Source: Candidatus Eiseniibacteriota bacterium
GTDB taxonomy: Bacteria > Eisenbacteria > RBG-16-71-46 > JABDJR01
DNA length: 64,000 nucleotides
Direction of reading: 5' to 3'
Assembly: GCA_963783375.1 (NCBI GenBank)
Contig: CAWANH010000028.1
Location: 1,760,001-1,824,000 of the forward strand
Positions within the stretch are counted from its first letter, which is position 1, and each line of letters starts with the position of its first letter. The notes beneath the pieces are model-generated. The model was given only the letters and a program-made list of their open reading frames with translations, did not search any database and was not told the DNA's origin. The position numbers and the translations under genes are program-made. Positions 1 to 10,698 of the stretch are shown one piece after another.

Positions 1-183
1 CGCCTGGAAAAGCACAACTTCCCGCGCCGCAAGCGGATGACGGTGGGGGTGGGGCTGGCCACCTACCCCACGGATGCAGAAGGGGCTCAAGAGCTCTACG
101 ACTTTGCCGATAAGAATTTGAACGAGGCCGCCCAGTCCGGGCCGGCCGGCGACGACGTTTATCAACCCATGGCCATTTCCTGA
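1..183 (+). CDS. C-terminal fragment of a GGDEF-like (diguanylate cyclase fold) protein, truncated by the window edge
   Basis: Frame 1 translates RLEKHNFPRRKRMTVGVGLATYPTDAEGAQELYDFADKNLNEAA...*. This matches the GGDEF C-terminal pattern T-V-S/G-x-G-x-A-x-Y-P...L...AD..L..A. TGA at 181-183. Confidence 0.6.
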   Translation, partial: RLEKHNFPRRKRMTVGVGLATYPTDAEGAQELYDFADKNLNEAAQSGPAGDDVYQPMAIS

Positions 184-206
184 CCTTCACGGGGGAAGGC
201 GGCTTC

Positions 207-1973
207 ATGATTCAGGAAGCGGGCGCCCAGGGGGTCGGTGAGCCCCGGCCCAGACTCCTCGTCGTGGACGATGAGGAAAACGTCGTGCAGATCCTCCAGG
301 ACCTGTTCAGCGAGCGTCCCTACGACGTGGACACCGTCACGTCCGGCGAGGAGGCTCTCGACCGCCTGGAAGCCAACCGCTACGACCTTCTTCTTACCGA
401 TATCAACCTCCCCGGAGTGAACGGGCTCAAGGTGGTGGAGGCGGCCAAGGCCGCCGACCCGGACATCGTGATGATCGTGATCACGGGTTACGCTTCGACC
501 GGGACCGCCATCGACGCCCTCCGCCATGGGGCCTACGACTACATCACCAAGCCGTTCGATCTCTGGGAAGTGGATCAGATCGTCGCCCGGGGATTGGAGA
601 GCCGGCGGCTGGTTCACGAGAACCGGCGGCTGGTGCTCGACCTCCAGGGGGCCAACGAGGAGCTTCGCCGCCACGAGGAGATCCTGAAGGAGAAGGTGGC
701 GGTGGCCACCCGCCGGATCCGCACCCTCTACGAGGTGGGCAAGGACGTCAACGCCAGCCTCGACGTGACCCGGACCCTGAACTTCATCGTGAGCCAGGCC
801 GCCACCCTGACCGGGGCGCGGATGGGGCTCCTCTTCCGGAGCCGGGAGAACACCGGGACCCTGGTGGCCGAGGTGGGCTACGGTCCGGCCGAGGCCCTGA
901 CCGGCACCGCCACCGTGCGCGTGGGACAGGGGGTGAACGGCCGGGTCGTCGAGACCCTGGAGCCGGCCCGCGTGGAAACGGACACCCCCCAGAGCTTCGG
1001 CGAGGAGTGCATGGCCGAGCTCGGAGTCCGCATGCTCCTGGCCGTGCCCCTGAAGCACAAGGGGAAGCTCCTGGGGGTCCTGAATGTCATGGAGAGGGAG
1101 CATGGCTCGTTCACCGACGAGGACCAGGACCTTCTCGAGTCCTTCGCCTCCCAGGCCGCCCTGGCCCTGGCCAACGCCGAACTGTACGAGACCGCCCGCC
1201 AGCTCGACCAGATGAAGTCCGAATTCGTGGCCGTGGTGTCCCACGAGGTGCGGACCCCGCTCACCGCCATCCAGGGATCCCTGGAACTCGTGCTCGACGA
1301 CCGGTACTTCCAGATGGTCCCCAAGATGCGGGAACTTCTGAGCATCTGCCAGGCCAACGTGGAGCGGCTCCGGATTCTCATCAACGATATTCTCGATTTC
1401 TCCAAGATCGAGGCCAATCGCTTGAGCCTCGACTTCTCACCGGTGGATCTCTCCGACGTGGCGGTGGAGGTCGTGACCTCGATGGAAACGATCGCCGAAC
1501 AGAAGAAGATCCGCCTCCGGCTGGACGCCGCCGAGGACCTCGAGGCGATCCCCGCGGATCGGATGCGGGTGGGCCAGGTGCTGACCAACCTCGTGGGGAA
1601 CGCGCTCAAGTTCACCCCCGACGGTGGGCAGGTGGAGATCACCCTCGATCGCCTGCCCGAGGGCGGAGTGGTCTGCGTGGTGAGCGACTCCGGCCCCGGA
1701 ATCGCCTCCCAGGATCTGGGAAAGCTCTTCCAGAAGTTCCAGCAGATCGACAGCTCCCTCACCCGGCGCCAGGGCGGCACCGGCCTGGGGCTCGTGATCT
1801 CGAAGGGACTGGTGGAAGGACACGGGGGCCGGATCTGGGTGGAGAGCGAGGTCGGGGTGGGGAGCCGGTTCTGCTTCACCCTCCCCGAGACCCCTCCCGG
1901 TTACGTCGCTGCGCCCCAGGCCGGACCCGCCGGGCCGGATGCCGACGCCGACGAGTCCGCCCAGGCCGCCTGA
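207..1973 (+). CDS. Hybrid sensor histidine kinase (REC-GAF-HisKA-HATPase)
   Basis: Receiver motifs LVVDDE, LLLTDINLP and YITKPF; GAF-like middle region; H-box SHEVRTPL; N-box NLVGNALKF; G boxes DSGPGI and GGTGLGL. Confidence 0.95.
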   Translation: MIQEAGAQGVGEPRPRLLVVDDEENVVQILQDLFSERPYDVDTVTSGEEALDRLEANRYDLLLTDINLPGVNGLKVVEAAKAADPDIVMIVITGYASTGTAIDALRHGAYDYITKPFDLWEVDQIVARGLESRRLVHENRRLVLDLQGANEELRRHEEILKEKVAVATRRIRTLYEVGKDVNASLDVTRTLNFIVSQAATLTGARMGLLFRSRENTGTLVAEVGYGPAEALTGTATVRVGQGVNGRVVETLEPARVETDTPQSFGEECMAELGVRMLLAVPLKHKGKLLGVLNVMEREHGSFTDEDQDLLESFASQAALALANAELYETARQLDQMKSEFVAVVSHEVRTPLTAIQGSLELVLDDRYFQMVPKMRELLSICQANVERLRILINDILDFSKIEANRLSLDFSPVDLSDVAVEVVTSMETIAEQKKIRLRLDAAEDLEAIPADRMRVGQVLTNLVGNALKFTPDGGQVEITLDRLPEGGVVCVVSDSGPGIASQDLGKLFQKFQQIDSSLTRRQGGTGLGLVISKGLVEGHGGRIWVESEVGVGSRFCFTLPETPPGYVAAPQAGPAGPDADADESAQAA

Positions 1974-1988
1974 TCTTCGTCCGGCCGG

Positions 1989-4900
1989 CTACCGGTCGTT
2001 TCGGGTCGGGTAGCTCGGCCGCGCCGCGCGCGGCGGCGTCTTGGCCAGCTCCGCCTTCACCAGCTCGATCGCCTTTTCCAGCTGGGGATCCCGGCCGGCC
2101 GCGAGCTCCTCGGGAAGGTTGATCACCTCGTAGTCCGGGTCCACCCCGTGATTCTCGACCTGCCAGCCCTTGCCGGGGATCCAGAACCCGAAGTCGGGGA
2201 TGGTCACGCTCCCGCCGTCCAGAAGACGGATCCCCCGGCTGATTCCCACCAGGCCGCCCCAGGTGCGGGTGCCCACGATGGGTCCGAGCCCCGCCTCGCG
2301 GAAGAAGTAGGGGATGGCGTCGCCGCCGGAGCCCGCCCAGCTGTTGGTCACGCAGACCTTGGGGCCCACGATGGCCGCCTGGGGGGTGCGGAAATCGCGC
2401 CCCTCGCGCCGGGACCAGAGGCCGAGGAACGGCCGGGACAGCCGGTCCACCATGTAGTCGGGGATGAACCCGCCGCTGTTGAATCGACCGTCGAGGATCA
2501 CTCCTTCCTTGTCGGTCTGATTGTAGAAGTCGCGGCTGAAGCGCTTCACCCCGGCCATGGCCGTGTTGGGCATGTGGATGTAGGCCACGCGGCCGTCGGT
2601 GGCGTCGTAGACCCGCTGCCGGTTGGCGGCCACCCACTGCTCGTACCGGAGCGCGCCCTCGCTGCCGATCGGCGTCACCGTGGCCTCGCGCGTGTTCTTC
2701 CCGTCCGGCGAGGGACCGACGGTGAGCTTCACCTGCTTCCCGGCCAGGTTCTGGAACCACGCGTAGACGCTCCGGTCGGCGGTTACCGACTCGCCGTCCA
2801 CCGCGATCAGGTAGTCCCCCTCGTGGATGTCGACCCCCGGCCGGGCCAGGGGGGCGATCACGTCCTCGTCCCAGTTGCTGTTCTCGAGGATCCCGGCGAA
2901 CCGGTAGCGTCCGGCGCCCCGGTCCAGGGAGAAGTCTGCGCCCAGGAGCCCCACGTTCACGTGACGGACCTCGGGTTGGTCCCCGCCGTAGACATAGGTG
3001 TGGGAGGTGGAGAGCTCGCCGATCAGCTCCCCGATCACGTAGTTCAGGTCGGCCCGGCTCCCCACGTGGTCGACCAGGGGCTCGTACCGCGCGCGCATGG
3101 CCTTCCAGTCCAGGCCGTGCATCCCGGGGTCGTAGTAGAAGTCGCGCTCCAGCCGCCAGGCGTCCACGAAGATCTCGTGCCACTCGGCCCGGGGGTCCAC
3201 CACCGTCATGAGGCCGCCGGTATCGAGCCGCCCGTCCCCCACCTTCTGGTTCTCGGACGCGTCCACGATGCCCCAGGTCGGCCCAGACCGGTAGAGCACC
3301 TTGGCCGCGTCGGGGGTCAGCTCGTAGCCGCCGATCCCGACGAGGACGGTCTTCACCTCCCGCTTGTCGGAGTCGAAGTAGAGGAGCTCGTCGTGCCCCC
3401 GGGGCGGTCCTTCGTCCCCGGCGTCGGCCGACCCGCGGCTCAGGTAGAAGAGCTTTCCGTCGGCGGGAATGAGATCGCTGTAGTCTCCGGCGGGCACCGG
3501 GACCTCGGAGACGCGGCCGGCGAGACCGTCGACGTCGATCATCACCGGGACGGATTCGGCCGACGCCTCCTCATCCTTGTCCTGCTTCTTTCCCTTGGCG
3601 CCCTCCTTCGCCTTGCCGCTGTCCTCGGACTTCGGGGTCTCCTCGTCGCTCAGGGGCGGGAAGGGGCGCGGGGTGTCCTTGGCCAGGCTCACCGCGTAGA
3701 GCCCGGAGGCATCCTCGAGCACGTACTCGAAGGCGAAGTCCCCGAAGGTGGGGTTCAGGTGGCGCTTGGACAGGAAGTAGAGGTACTTCCCGTCCGGGCC
3801 GAAACCGGGAGAGAAGTCGTCGGTGAGCCGGTCGGTGACCCGGGCGCCCTTCCCCGAATCCAGCGAATGGACCCAGATCGAGCCGTAGTCGTTGGGATCG
3901 AGCTTCACATAGGTGAGCCACTGCGAGTCCGGGCTCCAGGCATACTCCCGGATGTCGTCGATCTCGCTCTTGTCCACCGGGGTGACCTTCCCGGACTCGA
4001 CGTCCACCCAGAACAGCGACCAGGTCTTGTCGGGGAAAGCGATCTTCCTGGAATCCGGGGACCACTTCTGGCTGAACATGAAGCTCGAGCGGCCGTGGGT
4101 GACCTGGCGAGGCTCGCCGGAACCGTCCTGGGGACGCACGTACAGCTCGTATTCACCGGTCTCGTCCGAAAAGTAGGATACCCACCGGCCGTCCGGAGAC
4201 CAGGCGGGAAACCGCTCGTAGACCCCGGGGGTGGAGGTGAGCCGGCGGACGTCGCCGTGCTCGGCGGGGACGGTGAAGATCTCGCCCCGGGCTTCGAACA
4301 CCGCCCGTTTGGCCGAGGGGGAAAGGCCGGCTCCCCCGATGAGATCGGACACGTTCTTGAGTTCGGGCCGGGCGGAGACCGCGTCGGTCTCCAGGCTCAC
4401 ATCGATCTTCCGGGGCTTTCCGTCGGGGAGGTCCAGCACATAGAGCCAGCCCCCGTTCTCGAACACGATCGAGTCGCCGCCCAGGCTGGGCCAGCGGACG
4501 TCGTACTCCTTGAAGTCGGTGACCCGGGAGAATTGCCGGGTGTCCACGTCGTAGGCCCAGAGGTTGAGCTTCCAGTTCTCGCGGTCGGAGAGGAAGTAGA
4601 TGGTGTTCCCGTGCCACATGGGGAAGCGATCGGTTCCTTCCCAGTCGGTGACCCGGCTGGACTTCTGCCGCTTGAAGTCGTAGATCCAGATGTCCTCCGC
4701 CGTCCCTCCCCGGTAGCGCTTCCAGGTGCGGAACTCGCGATTCAGCCAGGTGAACGCCGCCCGGTCCGTGCCCTGGGGGGAAAACGAAAGGCGCTCGCAG
4801 ATGGGAAGCGCCACCGGCTCCGGCCACCCGCCCTCCACCGGGACGTGGAAGACCCGGTCGTAACGCCGGGTGGAGCTCATCCGGGACGAGCGGAAGTAGA

Positions 4901-5270
4901 TCTCCTTCGAATCCGGAGACCACGTGATCACCTGGTCGGCTCCAGGATGGAAGGTCAGCCGGCGGGGCTCCCCCCCTTCGGCGGGCATCACGTAGACGTC
5001 GGTGTTCCCGTCGTACTGCCCGGTGAACGCGATCCATTTCCCGTCGGGGGAGATCCGGGCGAGATCCTCGTCTCCGTCGTGGGTGGTGAGCCGCCGGGCG
5101 GTGCCGCCGGAGCGACCGACCGTCCAGAGGTCCCCGGCATAGGTGAAGACCACCTGGTCGCCGTGGATCGCCGGCATCCGCAGGAGCCGTCCTTCCCCGG
5201 CGCGGGCGTCCGGCGCGGACGTGAGAAGGGTGACGGCGGCCAGACCGCAAACCAATAGGAACGTGCGCAT
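1989..5270 (-). CDS. Tricorn protease homologue (peptidase S41) with signal peptide
   Basis: N-terminal signal peptide; PD40/WD-like propeller repeats (WSPDG); KRYRGG motif; PDZ-like segment; catalytic region WAGSGGD and GTRTWGG; C-terminal RDPQLEKAI. Confidence 0.95.
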   Translation of the reverse strand: MRTFLLVCGLAAVTLLTSAPDARAGEGRLLRMPAIHGDQVVFTYAGDLWTVGRSGGTARRLTTHDGDEDLARISPDGKWIAFTGQYDGNTDVYVMPAEGGEPRRLTFHPGADQVITWSPDSKEIYFRSSRMSSTRRYDRVFHVPVEGGWPEPVALPICERLSFSPQGTDRAAFTWLNREFRTWKRYRGGTAEDIWIYDFKRQKSSRVTDWEGTDRFPMWHGNTIYFLSDRENWKLNLWAYDVDTRQFSRVTDFKEYDVRWPSLGGDSIVFENGGWLYVLDLPDGKPRKIDVSLETDAVSARPELKNVSDLIGGAGLSPSAKRAVFEARGEIFTVPAEHGDVRRLTSTPGVYERFPAWSPDGRWVSYFSDETGEYELYVRPQDGSGEPRQVTHGRSSFMFSQKWSPDSRKIAFPDKTWSLFWVDVESGKVTPVDKSEIDDIREYAWSPDSQWLTYVKLDPNDYGSIWVHSLDSGKGARVTDRLTDDFSPGFGPDGKYLYFLSKRHLNPTFGDFAFEYVLEDASGLYAVSLAKDTPRPFPPLSDEETPKSEDSGKAKEGAKGKKQDKDEEASAESVPVMIDVDGLAGRVSEVPVPAGDYSDLIPADGKLFYLSRGSADAGDEGPPRGHDELLYFDSDKREVKTVLVGIGGYELTPDAAKVLYRSGPTWGIVDASENQKVGDGRLDTGGLMTVVDPRAEWHEIFVDAWRLERDFYYDPGMHGLDWKAMRARYEPLVDHVGSRADLNYVIGELIGELSTSHTYVYGGDQPEVRHVNVGLLGADFSLDRGAGRYRFAGILENSNWDEDVIAPLARPGVDIHEGDYLIAVDGESVTADRSVYAWFQNLAGKQVKLTVGPSPDGKNTREATVTPIGSEGALRYEQWVAANRQRVYDATDGRVAYIHMPNTAMAGVKRFSRDFYNQTDKEGVILDGRFNSGGFIPDYMVDRLSRPFLGLWSRREGRDFRTPQAAIVGPKVCVTNSWAGSGGDAIPYFFREAGLGPIVGTRTWGGLVGISRGIRLLDGGSVTIPDFGFWIPGKGWQVENHGVDPDYEVINLPEELAAGRDPQLEKAIELVKAELAKTPPRAARPSYPTRNDR

Positions 5271-5395
5271 GGGTCGGTTTCCTTCTTGATCAGAGAAGCG
5301 ACCGGACCGAGGTGGTAGTGCGAGGGTGACGCCACCCTACACCAAACAGTGCGGCCGGAAAACCGGTGAGGTGACCGTCGATACCCGGGTGGAGG

Positions 5396-8300
5396 TCAGG
5401 CTTCAGGAAATTCGAGTGCGGCCGCCACCGCGTCTCCGGGGGGGAGCCGCCGCCCGGCCCGCCGGTTCGCCTCGACGGCTTTCGCCCCCAATCGCGAACG
5501 GACCGGAGCCAGGCGCCGCTCGAGCCGTGCCCGGTCCGCTTCAGGGGCGGGGAGCCGTTGTTCCTCGCGGAGCGCTCCGGCCGCCCCGGCCAGGCGGAGG
5601 GCCGCCTCGGGCCGGCGTTCGGCGAGGCCGGCCGCCGTCGCCTCCAGGGCCAGGGCCACGCCTCGCAGGTCCCGGAGCTCCCAGAGCACCTCGAGGCCCC
5701 GCCGGAGGTGGGGGAGCGCTTCACGGGGTTCCCCCGCGCTCAGCTCGGTCAGTCCTCGGTAGAGGGTCGACCACGCCTCCCCCTGGCGGGCTCCCAGCTT
5801 CCGGCTCGAGGCCACGCTTTCCTCCAGGAGAGACCGCGCCGCGTCGAGATCTCCCTGATAGAACGCGACCCGGCCGAGGCTTCCCACCGCCGCCGCCACC
5901 ACCTGCCGGTCGCCGAGCCGCCGGAACCGCTCCAGGCTCTCTTCCAGGAGCGCCCGCGCGCGGGGGTAGTCTCCTTCGTCCTTGGCCGTGTTCCCCAGGT
6001 GATAGAGGGAGGTGGCCGCGCCGCGTGCGTTCCCCAGCCGCTCGAATCCGGCCAGGCTCGCCTCCAGGCGGCTTCGCGCCGTGGCGTAGTCGCCGGTCTC
6101 GGAGGCCAGGAGCCCCAGCTCGCAGAGCGAGGCCGCCTCGCCCGGCTTCGTCCCCCAGTCGCCGCGAAAGGGTCAGGCTCTCCTCGTGGCAGGGCCCGGG
6201 CCGCCTCGAAATCGGAGCGGTCGTCGGCCAGGGCCCCCGCCCCCCGGAGGGCCCGGGCGCGCTCGGGCAGCTGGTCGTCGGAGGCGGGAAGGGCGAGAAG
6301 CCGGTCGAACCAGGCGCGGCCCTCGTCGGTACGCCCGCGCACCGACCACCAGCGCCAGAGCGCCGCCCCCATCCTGAGCCCCCGTCCCGCGTCCCCGGAC
6401 TCGGCGAACCGGGCCAGGGCCCGGCGCAGGTTGTCGCGGTCCCGCTCCAGCCGGTCCATGCGCTCGAGTTGGCCGGGGCCGGTGAGCTCGGGCGCCGTCT
6501 TCTCGGCCTCGGTCAGGAACCACGAGGCATGACGCTCGCCCATGGAGTCGGTCTCGCCCGACGCATCCAGCCGTTCGGCAGCGTACTCCCGGACCGTTTC
6601 CAGGAGGCGATGGCGGACGCGTCCCCCCGGCTCGGGAACCGGGAAGAGCATCGACTTGTCATGAAGGCGGACGAGGAGCAGGGGGACGTCCTCCGGATCG
6701 ACCCCGTTCCCCGCGCATACCGCCTCCGCCGCGTCCAGGTCCGCCCCCCCCGCGAACACGCTCAAACGAGCGAGAAGGATGCGCTCCTCGGGGGCGAGAT
6801 GCTCATAGCTCCAGTCCATGGCCGCCCGCAGGGTGCGATGGCGCTCGGGAGCGGTGCGGCTCCCCCCGGTGAGAAGGCGGAAACGGTGTTCGAGGCCCCG
6901 CCGGAGGCCCTCCGGTCCGAGGGCGGGAACCCGGGTGGCCGCCAGCTCCAGGGCCAGCGGGATCCCGTCCAGGAGCCGGCAGATCGCCGCCACCGCCGCC
7001 GCGTTGTCCGCGGTGACCCGGAACCCGGGTTGCGCCGCGCCGGCCCGCTCGGCGAAGAGACGCACCGCATCCGAGGCGGTCGTGGCCTCGAGGGTGAACT
7101 CCGGACTCCGGGGACCGGGAGGGAGATCGAGGGAGGGCACCGGGTAGACCCGCTCCCCCTCGACCCGCAGGCGCTCCCGGCTGGTGGCCAGGACCCGGAG
7201 GCCGGGGGCGGAGGAAAGGAGCCGGTGGACCAGCTTCGCGCATCCTTCCAGCAGATGCTCGCAGTTGTCGAGGACGAGGACGGCGCGCCGGGAGGCCAGG
7301 GCCGCGGCCAGGGCGTCCTCCACGGTTTCGCCCGGCCCCGGTCGGGCGTCCAGGACCGCGGCGGCGGTGGCCGCCACCAGGCCGTCCCCCCGGACCGGGG
7401 CCAGGTCCACCCAGATCGCGTCGGCTTCGAGATCCGGGGGCGGCCGCCGGACCGCCTCCACCGCCAGGCGGCTCTTTCCCGCGCCTCCCGGCCCCAGGAG
7501 GGTAACCATCCGGGACGCGGCGAGAAGGGCCCGGATCTCGCCGAGTTCGCGGGCCCGGCCCACGAAGGCGCTGGCGAGGGCCGGAAGATGGGACGGGGCG
7601 GCGGGCGCCGCGGCGAGGGAATCCGGGGCCTCGATGGAGCGTTGGAGATCGTCGCGAAGCTCGGCCGCGGAGGGGTAGCGATCGCCGGGGTCGCGGGCCA
7701 GTGCGCGGTCCACCACCCGGGCCAGGGCCGGAGGGATCCCCGGAGCCGCCTCGCCCACCGACGGCGGGGTTTCGGTGAGGATCGCCGCCATCACCGCATG
7801 GGAGCTTCCGCCGGTGAAGGGTCGTCGTCCGGCCAGCATCTCGTAGAGCATGACCCCGAGGGCGAAGACGTCGCTTCGAGGGTCCGCTTCGATCCCTTTC
7901 CAGATCTCCGGGGCCATGTAGGCGGGGGTGCCGAGCAGGGTGTGGGGTTCGGTGAGGAGCGCCTCGGTCGCGGCGTCGGGGGAGGCGGCGGCGCCCGCCG
8001 CGCGCTTGGCCAGGCCGAAGTCGAGCACCTTGATCCGCCCATCCGGGGTGAGCATGACGTTGGCCGGTTTCATGTCGCGGTGAACGAGGCCTCGTGCGTG
8101 GGCTTCGGCGAGGGCGTCGGCGACGGCGGCGCCCCAGGTCGACGCCTCGGTCACGCTCACCGGAGCCCGGCTCATCCGGGCGGCCAGGGTCTCGCCCCTG
8201 ACGCACTCCATCGCGATGAAGACCCGGCCGCCGGCTTCACCCGTTTCGTAGATCACGGCGATGTTCGGATGGGTGAGGGAGGCGGCGGCGCGGGCCTCGC

Positions 8301-8466
8301 GCAGAAAGCGGCCCCGGGCCTCGGGATCGGCGGCCAGGGCGGGGGAGAGGAACTTGAGGGCCACGGTGCGGCCGAGGACGGTGTCGTGGGCTTCCACGAC
8401 CTCGCCCATCCCTCCCGCGCCCAGGGAGCGGATCAAGCGATAGTGGGAGACGGTTTCCGGTTTCAT
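5396..8466 (-). CDS. Ser/Thr protein kinase fused to STAND-type ATPase and TPR repeats (~1020 aa after correcting two +1 indels near 6188 and 6142)
   Basis: Kinase motifs LGAGGMGEV, HRDMKPAN and DFG; Walker A GPGGAGKS; VLDNCEH; LDGIPLALELAA. Removing two bases joins ORF 5749..8466 to ORF 5396..5902 through continuous TPR-like helices (LHEESLTLSRRLGD...). Confidence 0.85.
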
Positions 8467-8527
8467 GCTCCGGCCCGGGAGCTTCCCCGGCCCCCTGGTC
8501 GTCCGGCGGCGGCCCCGCCGGGGTGGA

Positions 8528-9985
8528 TCACCGCAGGACGACGAGTCGGACGGTGCTCCGCCGGGCCGATGTTACCGCAGTCGCGAAATAGATGCCCGAA
8601 CCGAGCACGCGCCCCGCGTCGTCCCGACCGTCCCAGGTGAAGACGCGAAGACCCGCCTCGACCGGGCCGTCGTGGAGGGTGCGGACGATGCGTCCCTGGA
8701 GATCGTAGATGCGGAGGCGGAGGGGCCCCGAGGCGCCGGCCTGAACCTGGAGGGTCCCGGGGCCTCTCATCGGGTTGGGGCTGGCGGAGAGAACGACGGC
8801 GGTGGGCCCGGGAGCGGGAAGGTCTCCGACTCCGGTCTGCTCCCCCACGCCGTAGGCGTAGTCCATGGACCCGTCGGTTTCGTTGTACACGCCCAGGTTG
8901 GGAAGCCCCTGGGGGTCGAAGGCGATGGAGCTGAAGCGTCCCACGTTTCCCGCGGTGAGCGGGGTGTTGTAGATCCAGGTGCCGTTGAAGCGCGCGGCAT
9001 AGCGCAGGTCGCCCTGGGCCCGGTCGTAGTAGAGGACGTGGGGCCACCCGCCCTGGCCGCAGGCGATGCTGCAGCCCTCACCGAGGTCCCCCGCGCCGTC
9101 CACCGTGAGCACGGTCCACGGACCGCCGGGGGTCTCCCGCGACGCCACCTTGAGATCGAGGTGGGTGACGTCCTGGTAGGCGATGTAGGTCGCCTCTTCG
9201 AAGGAGGCGATGGCGACGTTCCGCCCCACGTCCCCGATGCTGTCGATCCGCGCGGTGCGCCAGGTGCTCCCGTCCAGCCAGGCGTACTTCAGGTCCCGGC
9301 GGTCCAGGTCGTAGTAGGCCACCTCGACGCGCGGCTTCACGACCAGGGCGGTATAGAGCCCCACCGTCCCGTCCACGTCCGGATAGGTAAAGCTCCAGAT
9401 CCCTCCGGGGGGCTTGGTGGCCACCTTGAGCCCCGGCCGGGTGGCGTCGAAGTAGGAGATCAGGATCGTGCCTCCGCCGGTGACCCCGATCGAGGTGTAC
9501 TGCCCCACCGAGCCCGACTGGTCCACCACCTCCCGCCTCCACTGGCCGAAGGTGGAGTCGAACCATGCGTGTTTCAGGTTCCGGTTGTAGGAATCGTAGT
9601 AGGAGAAATGCGGGGTGCCGTCGAGGGCCAGGGCCATGGAAGCGTAGAAACCGGTGGACGGGCTTCCGTCCACGGTGACCGTCGACCAGGCACCCGCCCC
9701 CAGGGGAGACGGATTGGTGGCGTACTTCAGGTTCTGGTTCCCGTCGGAGATTCCGTCGTAGCGGAAGTACCCCAGGTGGAGGCGGCCGAACGGGTCGATG
9801 CGCAGGGTGCAGAACTGGCCCGGGCTGTTCCCGTTGGAGTCCACCGTCACCTCGTTCCAGTCCCAGGCGACGGCCGGAGCCGCGGTGACGAGGGACAGAA
9901 GGCAGACGACGGCAGCGCGTCGGAGGAGCGAGCGGGCCGGACTCCGGTGCGGACCCTTGGCCAGGCGCTTTCGAAGGAAGGTCAC
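8528..9985 (-). CDS. Secreted repeat (probable beta-propeller) protein with C-terminal FlgD-Ig/T9SS-like domain
   Basis: Signal peptide ending APAVA; about six repeats of VD..G.VG.Y.S.A....P...YYD.....LKYA; C-terminus SPNP...IYDLQGRIVRTL...WDGRDDAG..LGSGIYF. Start codon uncertain (GTG at 9985 chosen). Confidence 0.8.
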   Translation of the reverse strand: MTFLRKRLAKGPHRSPARSLLRRAAVVCLLSLVTAAPAVAWDWNEVTVDSNGNSPGQFCTLRIDPFGRLHLGYFRYDGISDGNQNLKYATNPSPLGAGAWSTVTVDGSPSTGFYASMALALDGTPHFSYYDSYNRNLKHAWFDSTFGQWRREVVDQSGSVGQYTSIGVTGGGTILISYFDATRPGLKVATKPPGGIWSFTYPDVDGTVGLYTALVVKPRVEVAYYDLDRRDLKYAWLDGSTWRTARIDSIGDVGRNVAIASFEEATYIAYQDVTHLDLKVASRETPGGPWTVLTVDGAGDLGEGCSIACGQGGWPHVLYYDRAQGDLRYAARFNGTWIYNTPLTAGNVGRFSSIAFDPQGLPNLGVYNETDGSMDYAYGVGEQTGVGDLPAPGPTAVVLSASPNPMRGPGTLQVQAGASGPLRLRIYDLQGRIVRTLHDGPVEAGLRVFTWDGRDDAGRVLGSGIYFATAVTSARRSTVRLVVLR

Positions 9986-10385
9986 GGCGGCTTCCCGATC
10001 GACGCCGGACGGAACCGTGGCCCCGAGCGTCGACCCGTTGGATGTTCGGGCTCCCATTCTGCCGGAGCCATAGACAGGTGGAATGCAATTCTACCATGGG
10101 GACGGAGCGCTTCGATGCGGCGGCTACGGGCCCGGAGGCTTCGGTTGACCCGGGGTCCGAACCTGTCACTTCGGCCCATTGGCGCTGGAGATTGGATGGT
10201 AGAAATGCCGACAGTTCTTTGAGAAATTTTGTAAAGCCAGCCAACTTAATCTTCGACTACCGGAATCGATCGATGATACTATCTGCCATGAGTCAAAACT
10301 GAGCGACAAGCCTGTTGTCATTTGCTGTAGATGAACTTAACCGACATGGAACCTGCTGTTTCCGGGCGGTGAATTGTAATTGAAC

Positions 10386-10414
10386 TTGAACAGCGGCCGC
10401 TTCGTTGGTATAAA
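10386..10414 (+). promoter_or_regulatory. Putative sigma70-type promoter for paralogue 1
   Basis: TTGAAC-17 nt-TATAAA with an extended -10 TG, in an AT-rich intergenic island. Confidence 0.6.
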
Positions 10415-10698
10415 TGAGAATCGATTGAGGAGCAGATATTGAACTCCGGGCCGGGGAGAATGCTCTTCATCAAGCGCGGCGTATCTCCCCAGTTCGGTCG
10501 GGCCGGCGCCACCCCGGCGCCACCACGGTTTCCAATCGCGCTTGAATGCCTCGCCGCCAAAGATCTCAGGACGGAGGAAACGGGTGCCCTCTCGATTTGC
10601 GACGTGGATGCGGTCTCTCTCACGCTCCACTCCATCGACCTCCCCCCACCTCGCCCCTCCTCGATGCTGGGTCCCCATACGGACGAAGGAGGTCCCTC

